Of a stretch of 64,000 nt of DNA, positions 26,801 through 42,200 are shown one piece after another; within the stretch, counting starts at the first letter, position 1, and the number at the start of each line of letters is the position of its first letter. Below the pieces are notes generated by a model. The model was given only the letters and a program-made list of their open reading frames with translations, was not told the DNA's origin and did no database searches. The translations under genes were made by a program, and so were the position numbers. Source of the stretch: Auanema rhodensis (lineage: Eukaryota; Animalia; Nematoda); the NCBI GenBank assembly GCA_964057225.1, contig OZ059900.1:17174001-17238000 (forward strand), read 5' to 3'.

Positions 26801-28392
26801 GGGCACGCCCCTTATGGCTAATATTGATTAAATCGATTTTTGTTCATATGAGTCGTCAAATGCAACGAATTTCAGCGTGTTACATACTAAAATGAAGCAT
26901 TTTACATGCTGAACACTAGAAAAATACAAAAACACAGTATTTCCCATGAGAAATATTTTATTATGCTGGAAAACCAGTTTTTGGAAATTTCGCTGTAAAC
27001 AAGGTTTTGACTTACGATTTCATGTGTTCAAACTCATGCAATGTCAATGAAACCCAGCTCAAAATTGTTCGTACAACGTCTAGTTCCACTTTCACGACAA
27101 AAAAACAGGGGTTAGAAAATTAAGGAAATTAGCATATTCTGAGGGCACGCCCCTTATGGCTAATATTGATTAAATCGATTTTTGTTCATATGAGTCGTCA
27201 AATGCAACGAATTTCAGCGTGTTACATACTAAAATGAAGCATTTTACATGCTGAACACTAGAAAAATACAAAAACACAGTATTTCCCATGAGAAATATTT
27301 TATTATGCTGGAAAACCAGTTTTTGGAAATTTCGCTGTAAACAAGGTTTTGACTTACGATTTCATGTGTTCAAACTCATGCAATGTCAATGAAACCTAGC
27401 TCAAAATTGTTCGTACAACGTCTAGTTCCACTTTCACGACAAAAAAACAGGGGTTAGAAAATTAAGGAAATTAGCATATTCTGAGGGCACGCCCCTTATG
27501 GCTAATATTGATTAAATCGATTTTTGTTCATATGAGTCGTCAAATGCAACGAATTTCAGCGTGTTACATACTAAAATGAAGCATTTTACATGCTGAACAC
27601 TAGAAAAATACAAAAACACAGTATTTCCCATGAGAAATATTTTATTATGCTGGAAAACCAGTTTTTGAAAATTTCGCTGTAAACAAGGTTTTGACTTACG
27701 ATTTCATGTGTTCAAACTCATGCAATGTCAATGAAACCTAGCTCAAAATTGTTCCTACAACGTCTAGTTCCACTTTCACGACAAAAAAACAGGGGTTAGA
27801 AAATTAAGGAAATTAGCATATTCTGAGGGCACGCCCTTTATGGCTAATATTGATTAAATCGATTTTTGTTCATATGAGTCGTCAAATGCAACGAATTTCA
27901 GCGTGTTACATACTAAAATGAAGCATTTTACATGCTGAACACTAGAAAAATACAAAAACACAGTATTTCCCATGAGAAATATTTTATTATGCTGGAAAAC
28001 CAGTTTTTGAAAATTTCGCTGTAAACAAGGTTTTGACTTACGATTTCATGTGTTCAAACTCATGCAATGTCAATGAAACCTAGCTCAAAATTGTTCCTAC
28101 AACGTCTAGTTCCACTTTCACGACAAAAAAACAGGGGTTAGAAAATTAAGGAAATTAGCATATTCTGAGGGCACGCCCCTTATGGCTAATATTGATTAAA
28201 TCGATTTTTGTTCATATGAGTCGTCAAATGCAACGAATTTCAGCGTGTTACATACTAAAATGAAGCATTTTACATGCTGAACACTAGAAAAATACAAAAA
28301 CACAGTATTTCCCATGAGAAATATTTTATTATGCTGGAAAACCAGTTTTTGGAAATTTCGCTGTAAACAAGGTTTTGACTTACGATTTCATG
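20867..28392 (+). repeat. 22-monomer block (M62-83), copy 2 of 9579-17104
   Basis: Same marker order and the same two +C insertions as M29-50. Confidence 0.88.
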
Positions 28393-31300
28393 TGTTCAAA
28401 CTCATGCAATGTCAATGAAACCTAGCTCAAAATTGTTCGTACAACGTCTAGTTCCACTTTCACGACAAAAAAACAGGGGTTAGAAAATTAAGGAAATTAG
28501 CATATTCTGAGGGCACGCCCCTTATGGCTAATATTGATTAAATCGATTTTTGTTCATATGAGTCGTCAAATGCAACGAATTTCAGCGTGTTACATACTAA
28601 AATGAAGCATTTTACATGCTGAACACTAGAAAAATACAAAAACACAGTATTTCCCATGAGAAATATTTTATTATGCTGGAAAACCAGTTTTTGGAAATTT
28701 CGCTGTAAACAAGGTTTTGACTTACGATTTCATGTGTTCAAACTCATGCAATGTCAATGAAACCTAGCTCAAAATTGTTCGTACAACGTCTAGTTCCACT
28801 TTCACGACAAAAAAACAGGGGTTAGAAAATTAAGGAAATTAGCATATTCTGAGGGCACGCCCCTTATGGCTAATATTGATTAAATCGATTTTTGTTCATA
28901 TGAGTCGTCAAATGCAACGAATTTCAGCGTGTTACATACTAAAATGAAGCATTTTACATGCTGAACACTAGAAAAATACAAAAACACAGTATTTCCCATG
29001 AGAAATATTTTATTATGCTGGAAAACCAGTTTTTGGAAATTTCGCTGTAAACAAGGTTTTGACTTACGATTTCATGTGTTCAAACTCATGCAATGTCAAT
29101 GAAACCCAGCTCAAAATTGTTCGTACAACGTCTAGTTCCACTTTCACGACAAAAAAACAGGGGTTAGAAAATTAAGGAAATTAGCATATTCTGAGGGCAC
29201 GCCCCTTATGGCTAATATTGATTAAATCGATTTTTGTTCATATGAGTCGTCAAATGCAACGAATTTCAGCGTGTTACATACTAAAATGAAGCATTTTACA
29301 TGCTGAACACTAGAAAAATACAAAAACACAGTATTTCCCATGAGAAATATTTTATTATGCTGGAAAACCAGTTTTTGGAAATTTCGCTGTAAACAAGGTT
29401 TTGACTTACGATTTCATGTGTTCAAACTCATGCAATGTCAATGAAACCTAGCTCAAAATTGTTCGTACAACGTCTAGTTCCACTTTCACGACAAAAAAAC
29501 AGGGGTTAGAAAATTAAGGAAATTAGCATATTCTGAGGGCACGCCCCTTATGGCTAATATTGATTAAATCGATTTTTGTTCATATGAGTCGTCAAATGCA
29601 ACGAATTTCAGCGTGTTACATACTAAAATGAAGCATTTTACATGCTGAACACTAGAAAAATACAAAAACACAGTATTTCCCATGAGAAATATTTTATTAT
29701 GCTGGAAAACCAGTTTTTGAAAATTTCGCTGTAAACAAGGTTTTGACTTACGATTTCATGTGTTCAAACTCATGCAATGTCAATGAAACCTAGCTCAAAA
29801 TTGTTCCTACAACGTCTAGTTCCACTTTCACGACAAAAAAACAGGGGTTAGAAAATTAAGGAAATTAGCATATTCTGAGGGCACGCCCTTTATGGCTAAT
29901 ATTGATTAAATCGATTTTTGTTCATATGAGTCGTCAAATGCAACGAATTTCAGCGTGTTACATACTAAAATGAAGCATTTTACATGCTGAACACTAGAAA
30001 AATACAAAAACACAGTATTTCCCATGAGAAATATTTTATTATGCTGGAAAACCAGTTTTTGAAAATTTCGCTGTAAACAAGGTTTTGACTTACGATTTCA
30101 TGTGTTCAAACTCATGCAATGTCAATGAAACCTAGCTCAAAATTGTTCCTACAACGTCTAGTTCCACTTTCACGACAAAAAAACAGGGGTTAGAAAATTA
30201 AGGAAATTAGCATATTCTGAGGGCACGCCCCTTATGGCTAATATTGATTAAATCGATTTTTGTTCATATGAGTCGTCAAATGCAACGAATTTCAGCGTGT
30301 TACATACTAAAATGAAGCATTTTACATGCTGAACACTAGAAAAATACAAAAACACAGTATTTCCCATGAGAAATATTTTATTATGCTGGAAAACCAGTTT
30401 TTGGAAATTTCGCTGTAAACAAGGTTTTGACTTACGATTTCATGTGTTCAAACTCATGCAATGTCAATGAAACCTAGCTCAAAATTGTTCCTACAACGTC
30501 TAGTTCCACTTTCACGACAAAAAAACAGGGGTTAGAAAATTAAGGAAATTAGCATATTCTGAGGGCACGCCCTTTATGGCTAATATTGATTAAATCGATT
30601 TTTGTTCATATGAGTCGTCAAATGCAACGAATTTCAGCGTGTTACATACTAAAATGAAGCATTTCACATGCTGAACACTAGAAAAATATAAAAACACAGT
30701 ATTTCCCATGAGAAATATTTTATTATGCTGGAAAACCAGTTTTTGGAAATTTCGCTGTAAACAAGGTTTTGACTTACGATTTCATGTGTTCAAACTCATG
30801 CAATGTCAATGAAACCTAGCTCAAAATTGTTCGTACAACGTCTAGTTCCACTTTCACGACAAAAAAACAGGGGTTAGAAAATTAAGGAAATTAGCATATT
30901 CTGAGGGCACGCCCCTTATGGCTAATATTGATTAAATCGATTTTTGTTCATATGAGTCGTCAAATGCAACGAATTTCAGCGTGTTACATACTAAAATGAA
31001 GCATTTTACATGCTGAACACTAGAAAAATACAAAAACACAGTAATACCCATGAGAAATATTTTATTATGCTGGAAAACCAGTTTTTGGAAATTTCGCTGT
31101 AAACAAGGTTTTGACTTACGATTTCATGTGTTCAAACTCATGCAATGTCAATGAAACCTAGCTCAAAATTGTTCGTACAACGTCTAGTTCCACTTTCACG
31201 ACAAAAAAACAGGGGTTAGAAAATTAAGGAAATTAGCATATTCTGAGGGCACGCCCCTTATGGCTAATATGATTAAATCGATTTTTGTTCATATGAGTCG

Positions 31301-34300
31301 TCAAATGCAACGAATTTCAGCGTGTTACATACTAAAATGAAGCATTTTACATGCTGAACACTAGAAAAATACAAAAACACAGTATTTCCCATGAGAAATA
31401 TTTTATTATGCTGGAAAACCAGTTTTTGGAAATTTCGCTGTAAACAAGGTTTTGACTTACGATTTCATGTGTTCAAACTCATGCAATGTCAATGAAACCT
31501 AGCTCAAAATTGTTCGTACAACGTCTAGTTCCACTTTCACGACAAAAAAACAGGGGTTAGAAAATTAAGGAAATTAGCATATTCTGAGGGCACGCCCCTT
31601 ATGGCTAATATTGATTAAATCGATTTTTGTTCATATGAGTCGTCAAATGCAACGAATTTCAGCGTGTTACATACTAAAATGAAGCATTTTACATGCTGAA
31701 CACTAGAAAAATACAAAAACACAGTAATACCCATGAGAAATATTTTATTATGCTGGAAAACCAGTTTTTGGAAAGTTCGCTGTAAACAAGGTTTTGACTT
31801 ACGATTTCATGTGTTCAAACTCATGCAATGTCAATGAAACCTAGCTCAAAATTGTTCGTACAACGTCTAGTTCCACTTTCACGACTAAAAAACAGGGGTT
31901 AGAAAATTAAGGAAATTAGCATATTCTGAGGGCACGCCCCTTATGGCTAATATTGATTAAATCGATTTTTGTTCATATGAGTCGTCAAATGCAACGAATT
32001 TCAGCGTGTTACATACTAAAATGAAGCATTTTACATGCTGAACACTAGAAAAATACAAAAACACAGTAATACCCATGAGAAATATTTTATTATGCTGGAA
32101 AACCAGTTTTTGGAAATTTCGCTGTAAACAAGGTTTTGACTTACGATTTCATGTGTTCAAACTCATGCAATGTCAATGAAACCTAGCTCAAAATTGTTCG
32201 TACAACGTCTAGTTCCACTTTCACGACAAAAAAACAGGGGTTAGAAAATTAAGGAAATTAGCATATTCTGAGGGCACGCCCCTTATGGCTAATATTGATT
32301 AAATCGATTTTTGTTCATATGAGTCGTCAAATGCAACGAATTTCAGCGTGTTACATACTAAAATGAAGCATTTTACATGCTGAACACTAGAAAAATACAA
32401 AAACACAGTAATACCCATGAGAAATATTTTATTATGCTGGAAAACCAGTTTTTGGAAATTTCGCTGTAAACAAGGTTTTGACTTACGATTTCATGTGTTC
32501 AAACTCATGCAATGTCAATGAAACCTAGCTCAAAATTGTTAATACAATGTCTAGTTCCACTTTCACGACAAAAAAACAGGGGTTAGAAAATTAAGGAAAT
32601 TAGCATATTCTGAGGGCACGCCCTTTATGGCTAATATTGATTAAATCGATTTTTGTTCATATGAGTCGTCAAATGCAACGAATTTCAGCGTGTTACATAC
32701 TAAAATGAAGCATTTTACATGCTGAACACTAGAAAAATACAAAAACACAGTATTTCCCATGAGAAATATTTTATTATGCTGGAAAACCAGTTTTTGGAAA
32801 GTTCGCTGTAAACAAGGTTTTGACTTACGATTTCATGTGTTCAAACTCATGCAATGTCAATGAAACCTAGCTCAAAATTGTTCGTGCAACGTCTAGTTCC
32901 ACTTTCACGACTAAAAAACAGGGGTTAGAAAATTAAGGAAATTAGCATATTCTGAGGGCACGCCCCTTATGGCTAATATTGATTAAATCGATTTTTGTTC
33001 ATATGAGTCGTCAAATGCAACGAATTTCAGCGTGTTACATACTAAAATGAAGCATTTTACATGCTGAACACTAGAAAAATACAAAAACACAGTATTTCCC
33101 ATGAGAAATATTTTATTATGCTGGAAAACCAGTTTTTGGAAATTTCGCTGTAAACAAGGTTTTGACTTACGATTTCATGTGTTCAAACTCATGCAATGTC
33201 AATGAAACCCAGCTCAAAATTGTTCGTACAACGTCTAGTTCCACTTTCACGACAAAAAAACAGGGGTTAGAAAATTAAGGAAATTAGCATATTCTGAGGG
33301 CACGCCCCTTATGGCTAATATTGATTAAATCGATTTTTGTTCATATGAGTCGTCAAATGCAACGAATTTCAGCGTGTTACATACTAAAATGAAGCATTTT
33401 ACATGCTGAACACTAGAAAAATACAAAAACACAGTATTTCCCATGAGAAATATTTTATTATGCTGGAAAACCAGTTTTTGAAAATTTCGCTGTAAACAAG
33501 GTTTTGACTTACGATTTCATGTGTTCAAACTCATGCAATGTCAATGAAACCTAGCTCAAAATTGTTCCTACAACGTCTAGTTCCACTTTCACGACAAAAA
33601 AACAGGGGTTAGAAAATTAAGGAAATTAGCATATTCTGAGGGCACGCCCTTTATGGCTAATATTGATTAAATCGATTTTTGTTCATATGAGTCGTCAAAT
33701 GCAACGAATTTCAGCGTGTTACATACTAAAATGAAGCATTTTACATGCTGAACACTAGAAAAATACAAAAACACAGTATTTCCCATGAGAAATATTTTAT
33801 TATGCTGGAAAACCAGTTTTTGAAAATTTCGCTGTAAACAAGGTTTTGACTTACGATTTCATGTGTTCAAACTCATGCAATGTCAATGAAACCTAGCTCA
33901 AAATTGTTCCTACAACGTCTAGTTCCACTTTCACGACAAAAAAACAGGGGTTAGAAAATTAAGGAAATTAGCATATTCTGAGGGCACGCCCTTTATGGCT
34001 AATATTGATTAAATCGATTTTTGTTCATATGAGTCGTCAAATGCAACGAATTTCAGCGTGTTACATACTAAAATGAAGCATTTTACATGCTGAACACTAG
34101 AAAAATACAAAAACACAGTATTTCCCATGAGAAATATTTTATTATGCTGGAAAACCAGTTTTTGGAAATTTCGCTGTAAACAAGGTTTTGACTTACGATT
34201 TCATGTGTTCAAACTCATGCAATGTCAATGAAACCTAGCTCAAAATTGTTCGTACAACGTCTAGTTCCACTTTCACGACAAAAAAACAGGGGTTAGAAAA

Positions 34301-36257
34301 TTAAGGAAATTAGCATATTCTGAGGGCACGCCCCTTATGGCTAATATTGATTAAATCGATTTTTGTTCATATGAGTCGTCAAATGCAACGAATTTCAGCG
34401 TGTTACGTACTAAAATGAAGCATTTTACATGCTGAACACTAGAAAAATACAAAAACACAGTATTTCCCATGAGAAATATTTTATTATGCTGGAAAACCAG
34501 TTTTTGGAAATTTCGCTGTAAACAAGGTTTTGACTTACGATTTCATGTGTTCAAACTCATGCAATGTCAATGAAACCTAGCTCAAAATTGTTCGTACAAC
34601 GTCTAGTTCCACTTTCACGACAAAAAAACAGGGGTTAGAAAATTAAGGAAATTAGCATATTCTGAGGGCACGCCATTTATGGCTAATATTGATTAAATCG
34701 ATTTTTGTTCATATGAGTCGTCAAATGCAACGAATTTCAGCGTGTCACATACTAAAATGAAGCATTTTACATGCTGAACGCTAGAAAAATACAAAAACAC
34801 AGTATTTCCCATGAGAAATATTTTATTATGCTGGAAAACCAGTTTTTGGAAATTTCGCTGTAAACAAGGTTTTGACTTACGATTTCATGTGTTCAAACTC
34901 ATGCAATGTCAATGAAACCTAGCTCAAAATTGTTCCTACAACGTCTAGTTCCACTTTCACGACAAAAAAACAGGGGTTAGAAAATTAAGGAAATTAGCAT
35001 ATTCTGAGGGCACGCCCCTTATGGCTAATATTGATTAAATCGATTTTTGTTCATATGAGTCGTCAAATGCAACGAATTTCAGCGTGTTACATACTAAAAT
35101 GAAGCATTTTACATGCTGAACACTAGAAAAATACAAAAACACAGTAATACCCATGAGAAATATTTTATTATGCTGGAAAACCAGTTTTTGGAAATTTCGC
35201 TGTAAACAAGGTTTTGACTTACGATTTCATGTGTTCAAACTCATGCAATGTCAATGAAACCTAGCTCAAAATTGTTAATACAATGTCTAGTTCCACTTTC
35301 ACGACAAAAAAACAGGGGTTAGAAAATTAAGGAAATTAGCATATTCTGAGGGCACGCCCTTTATGGCTAATATTGATTAAATCGATTTTTGTTCATATGA
35401 GTCGTCAAATGCAACGAATTTCAGCGTGTTACATACTAAAATGAAGCATTTTACATGCTGAACACTAGAAAAATACAAAAACACAGTATTTCCCATGAGA
35501 AATATTTTATTATGCTGGAAAACCAGTTTTTGGAAAGTTCGCTGTAAACAAGGTTTTGACTTACGATTTCATGTGTTCAAACTCATGCAATGTCAATGAA
35601 ACCTAGCTCAAAATTGTTCGTGCAACGTCTAGTTCCACTTTCACGACTAAAAAACAGGGGTTAGAAAATTAAGGAAATTAGCATATTCTGAGGGCACGCC
35701 CCTTATGGCTAATATTGATTAAATCGATTTTTGTTCATATGAGTCGTCAAATGCAACGAATTTCAGCGTGTTACATACTAAAATGAAGCATTTTACATGC
35801 TGAACACTAGAAAAATACAAAAACACAGTATTTCCCATGAGAAATATTTTATTATGCTGGAAAACCAGTTTTTGGAAATTTCGCTGTAAACAAGGTTTTG
35901 ACTTACGATTTCATGTGTTCAAACTCATGCAATGTCAATGAAACCCAGCTCAAAATTGTTCGTACAACGTCTAGTTCCACTTTCACGACAAAAAAACAGG
36001 GGTTAGAAAATTAAGGAAATTAGCATATTCTGAGGGCACGCCCCTTATGGCTAATATTGATTAAATCGATTTTTGTTCATATGAGTCGTCAAATGCAACG
36101 AATTTCAGCGTGTTACATACTAAAATGAAGCATTTTACATGCTGAACACTAGAAAAATACAAAAACACAGTATTTCCCATGAGAAATATTTTATTATGCT
36201 GGAAAACCAGTTTTTGGAAATTTCGCTGTAAACAAGGTTTTGACTTACGATTTCATG

Positions 36258-39200
36258 TGTTCAAACTCATGCAATGTCAATGAAACCTAGCTCAAAATTG
36301 TTCGTACAACGTCTAGTTCCACTTTCACGACAAAAAAACAGGGGTTAGAAAATTAAGGAAATTAGCATATTCTGAGGGCACGCCCCTTATGGCTAATATT
36401 GATTAAATCGATTTTTGTTCATATGAGTCGTCAAATGCAACGAATTTCAGCGTGTTACATACTAAAATGAAGCATTTTACATGCTGAACACTAGAAAAAT
36501 ACAAAAACACAGTATTTCCCATGAGAAATATTTTATTATGCTGGAAAACCAGTTTTTGAAAATTTCGCTGTAAACAAGGTTTTGACTTACGATTTCATGT
36601 GTTCAAACTCATGCAATGTCAATGAAACCTAGCTCAAAATTGTTCCTACAACGTCTAGTTCCACTTTCACGACAAAAAAACAGGGGTTAGAAAATTAAGG
36701 AAATTAGCATATTCTGAGGGCACGCCCTTTATGGCTAATATTGATTAAATCGATTTTTGTTCATATGAGTCGTCAAATGCAACGAATTTCAGCGTGTTAC
36801 ATACTAAAATGAAGCATTTTACATGCTGAACACTAGAAAAATACAAAAACACAGTATTTCCCATGAGAAATATTTTATTATGCTGGAAAACCAGTTTTTG
36901 AAAATTTCGCTGTAAACAAGGTTTTGACTTACGATTTCATGTGTTCAAACTCATGCAATGTCAATGAAACCTAGCTCAAAATTGTTCCTACAACGTCTAG
37001 TTCCACTTTCACGACAAAAAAACAGGGGTTAGAAAATTAAGGAAATTAGCATATTCTGAGGGCACGCCCTTTATGGCTAATATTGATTAAATCGATTTTT
37101 GTTCATATGAGTCGTCAAATGCAACGAATTTCAGCGTGTTACATACTAAAATGAAGCATTTTACATGCTGAACACTAGAAAAATACAAAAACACAGTATT
37201 TCCCATGAGAAATATTTTATTATGCTGGAAAACCAGTTTTTGGAAATTTCGCTGTAAACAAGGTTTTGACTTACGATTTCATGTGTTCAAACTCATGCAA
37301 TGTCAATGAAACCTAGCTCAAAATTGTTCGTACAACGTCTAGTTCCACTTTCACGACAAAAAAACAGGGGTTAGAAAATTAAGGAAATTAGCATATTCTG
37401 AGGGCACGCCCCTTATGGCTAATATTGATTAAATCGATTTTTGTTCATATGAGTCGTCAAATGCAACGAATTTCAGCGTGTTACGTACTAAAATGAAGCA
37501 TTTTACATGCTGAACACTAGAAAAATACAAAAACACAGTATTTCCCATGAGAAATATTTTATTATGCTGGAAAACCAGTTTTTGGAAATTTCGCTGTAAA
37601 CAAGGTTTTGACTTACGATTTCATGTGTTCAAACTCATGCAATGTCAATGAAACCTAGCTCAAAATTGTTCCTACAACGTCTAGTTCCACTTTCACGACA
37701 AAAAAACAGGGGTTAGAAAATTAAGGAAATTAGCATATTCTGAGGGCACGCCCTTTATGGCTAATATTGATTAAATCGATTTTTGTTCATATGAGTCGTC
37801 AAATGCAACGAATTTCAGCGTGTTACATACTAAAATGAAGCATTTCACATGCTGAACACTAGAAAAATACAAAAACACAGTATTTCCCATGAGAAATATT
37901 TTATTATGCTGGAAAACCAGTTTTTGGAAATTTCGCTGTAAACAAGGTTTTGACTTACGATTTCATGTGTTCAAACTCATGCAATGTCAATGAAACCTAG
38001 CTCAAAATTGTTCGTACAACGTCTAGTTCCACTTTCACGACAAAAAAACAGGGGTTAGAAAATTAAGGAAATTAGCATATTCTGAGGGCACGCCCCTTAT
38101 GGCTAATATTGATTAAATCGATTTTTGTTCATATGAGTCGTCAAATGCAACGAATTTCAGCGTGTTACATACTAAAATGAAGCATTTTACATGCTGAACA
38201 CTAGAAAAATACAAAAACACAGTAATACCCATGAGAAATATTTTATTATGCTGGAAAACCAGTTTTTGGAAATTTCGCTGTAAACAAGGTTTTGACTTAC
38301 GATTTCATGTGTTCAAACTCATGCAATGTCAATGAAACCTAGCTCAAAATTGTTCGTACAACGTCTAGTTCCACTTTCACGACAAAAAAACAGGGGTTAG
38401 AAAATTAAGGAAATTAGCATATTCTGAGGGCACGCCCCTTATGGCTAATATTGATTAAATCGATTTTTGTTCATATGAGTCGTCAAATGCAACGAATTTC
38501 AGCGTGTTACATACTAAAATGAAGCATTTTACATGCTGAACACTAGAAAAATACAAAAACATAGTATTTCCCATGAGAAATATTTTATTATGCTGGAAAA
38601 CCAGTTTTTGGAAATTTCGCTGTAAACAAGGTTTTGACTTACGATTTCATGTGTTCAAACTCATGCAATGTCAATGAAACCTAGCTCAAAATTGTTCGTA
38701 CAACGTCTAGTTCCACTTTCACGACAAAAAAACAGGGGTTAGAAAATTAAGGAAATTAGCATATTCTGAGGGCACGCCCCTTATGGCTAATATTGATTAA
38801 ATCGATTTTTGTTCATATGAGTCGTCAAATGCAACGAATTTCAGCGTGTTACATACTAAAATGAAGCATTTTACATGCTGAACACTAGAAAAATACAAAA
38901 ACACAGTATTTCCCATGAGAATAATTTTATTATGCTGGAAAACCAGTTTTTGGAAATTTCGCTGTAAACAAGGTTTTGACTTACGATTTCATGTGTTCAA
39001 ACTCATGCAATGTCAATGAAACCTAGCTCAAAATTGTTCGTACAACGTCTAGTTCCACTTTCACGACAAAAAAACAGGGGTTAGAAAATTAAGGAAATTA
39101 GCATATTCTGAGGGCACGCCCCTTATGGCTAATATTGATTAAATCGATTTTTGTTCATATGAGTCGTCAAATGCAACGAATTTCAGCGTGTTACATACTA

Positions 39201-42200
39201 AAATGAAGCATTTTACATGCTGAACACTAGAAAAATACAAAAACACAGTATTTCCCATGAGAAATATTTTATTATGCTGGAAAACCAGTTTTTGAAAATT
39301 TCGCTGTAAACAAGGTTTTGACTTACGATTTCATGTGTTCAAACTCATGCAATGTCAATGAAACCTAGCTCAAAATTGTTCCTACAACGTCTAGTTCCAC
39401 TTTCACGACAAAAAAACAGGGGTTAGAAAATTAAGGAAATTAGCATATTCTGAGAGCACGCCCTTTATGGCTAATATTGATTAAATCGATTTTTGTTCAT
39501 ATGAGTCGTCAAATGCAACGAATTTCAGCGTGTTACATACTAAAATGAAGCATTTTACATGCTGAACGCTAGAAAAATACAAAAACACAGTAATACCCAT
39601 GAGAAATATTTTATTATGCTGGAAAACCAGTTTTTGGAAATTTCGCTGTAAACAAGGTTTTGACTTACGATTTCATGTGTTCAAACTCATGCAATGTCAA
39701 TGAAACCTAGCTCAAAATTGTTCGTACAACGTCTAGTTCCACTTTCACGACAAAAAAACAGGGGTTAGAAAATTAAGGAAATTAGCATATTCTGAGGGCA
39801 CGCCCCTTATGGCTAATATTGATTAAATCGATTTTTGTTCATATGAGTCGTCAAATGCAACGAATTTCAGCGTGTTACATACTAAAATGAAGCATTTTAC
39901 ATGCTGAACACTAGAAAAATACAAAAACACAGTATTTCCCATGAGAAATATTTTATTATGCTGGAAAACCAGTTTTTGGAAATTTCGCTGTAAACAAGGT
40001 TTTGACTTACGATTTCATGTGTTCAAACTCATGCAATGTCAATGAAACCTAGCTCAAAATTGTTCGTACAACGTCTAGTTCCACTTTCACGACAAAAAAA
40101 CAGGGGTTAGAAAATTAAGGAAATTAGCATATTCTGAGGGCACGCCCCTTATGGCTAATATTGATTAAATCGATTTTTGTTCATATGAGTCGTCAAATGC
40201 AACGAATTTCAGCGTGTTACATACTAAAATGAAGCATTTTACATGCTGAACACTAGAAAAATACAAAAACACAGTATTTCCCATGAGAAATATTTTATTA
40301 TGCTGGAAAACCAGTTTTTGAAAATTTCGCTGTAAACAAGGTTTTGACTTACGATTTCATGTGTTCAAACTCATGCAATGTCAATGAAACCTAGCTCAAA
40401 ATTGTTCCTACAACGTCTAGTTCCACTTTCACGACAAAAAAACAGGGGTTAGAAAATTAAGGAAATTAGCATATTCTGAGAGCACGCCCTTTATGGCTAA
40501 TATTGATTAAATCGATTTTTGTTCATATGAGTCGTCAAATGCAACGAATTTCAGCGTGTTACATACTAAAATGAAGCATTTTACATGCTGAACGCTAGAA
40601 AAATACAAAAACACAGTAATACCCATGAGAAATATTTTATTATGCTGGAAAACCAGTTTTTGGAAATTTCGCTGTAAACAAGGTTTTGACTTACGATTTC
40701 ATGTGTTCAAACTCATGCAATGTCAATGAAACCTAGCTCAAAATTGTTCGTACAACGTCTAGTTCCACTTTCACGACAAAAAAACAGGGGTTAGAAAATT
40801 AAGGAAATTAGCATATTCTGAGGGCACGCCCCTTATGGCTAATATTGATTAAATCGATTTTTGTTCATATGAGTCGTCAAATGCAACGAATTTCAGCGTG
40901 TTACATACTAAAATGAAGCATTTTACATGCTGAACACTAGAAAAATACAAAAACACAGTATTTCCCATGAGAAATATTTTATTATGCTGGAAAACCAGTT
41001 TTTGGAAATTTCGCTGTAAACAAGGTTTTGACTTACGATTTCATGTGTTCAAACTCATGCAATGTCAATGAAACCTAGCTCAAAATTGTTCGTACAACGT
41101 CTAGTTCCACTTTCACGACAAAAAAACAGGGGTTAGAAAATTAAGGAAATTAGCATATTCTGAGGGCACGCCCCTTATGGCTAATATTGATTAAATCGAT
41201 TTTTGTTCATATGAGTCGTCAAATGCAACGAATTTCAGCGTGTTACATACTAAAATGAAGCATTTTACATGCTGAACACTAGAAAAATACAAAAACACAG
41301 TATTTCCCATGAGAATAATTTTATTATGCTGGAAAACCAGTTTTTGGAAATTTCGCTGTAAACAAGGTTTTGACTTACGATTTCATGTGTTCAAACTCAT
41401 GCAATGTCAATGAAACCTAGCTCAAAATTGTTCGTACAACGTCTAGTTCCACTTTCACGACAAAAAAACAGGGGTTAGAAAATTAAGGAAATTAGCATAT
41501 TCTGAGGGCACGCCCCTTATGGCTAATATTGATTAAATCGATTTTTGTTCATATGAGTCGTCAAATGCAACGAATTTCAGCGTGTTACATACTAAAATGA
41601 AGCATTTTACATGCTGAACACTAGAAAAATACAAAAACACAGTATTTCCCATGAGAAATATTTTATTATGCTGGAAAACCAGTTTTTGAAAATTTCGCTG
41701 TAAACAAGGTTTTGACTTACGATTTCATGTGTTCAAACTCATGCAATGTCAATGAAACCTAGCTCAAAATTGTTCCTACAACGTCTAGTTCCACTTTCAC
41801 GACAAAAAAACAGGGGTTAGAAAATTAAGGAAATTAGCATATTCTGAGAGCACGCCCTTTATGGCTAATATTGATTAAATCGATTTTTGTTCATATGAGT
41901 CGTCAAATGCAACGAATTTCAGCGTGTTACATACTAAAATGAAGCATTTTACATGCTGAACGCTAGAAAAATACAAAAACACAGTATTACCCATGAGAAA
42001 TATTTTATTATGCTGGAAAACCAGTTTTTGGAAATTTCGCTGTAAACAAGGTTTTGACTTACGATTTCATGTGTTCAAACTCATGCAATGTCAATGAAAC
42101 CTAGCTCAAAATTGTTCCTACAACGTCTAGTTCCACTTTCACGACAAAAAAACAGGGGTTAGAAAATTAAGGAAATTAGCATATTCTGAGGGCACGCCCC

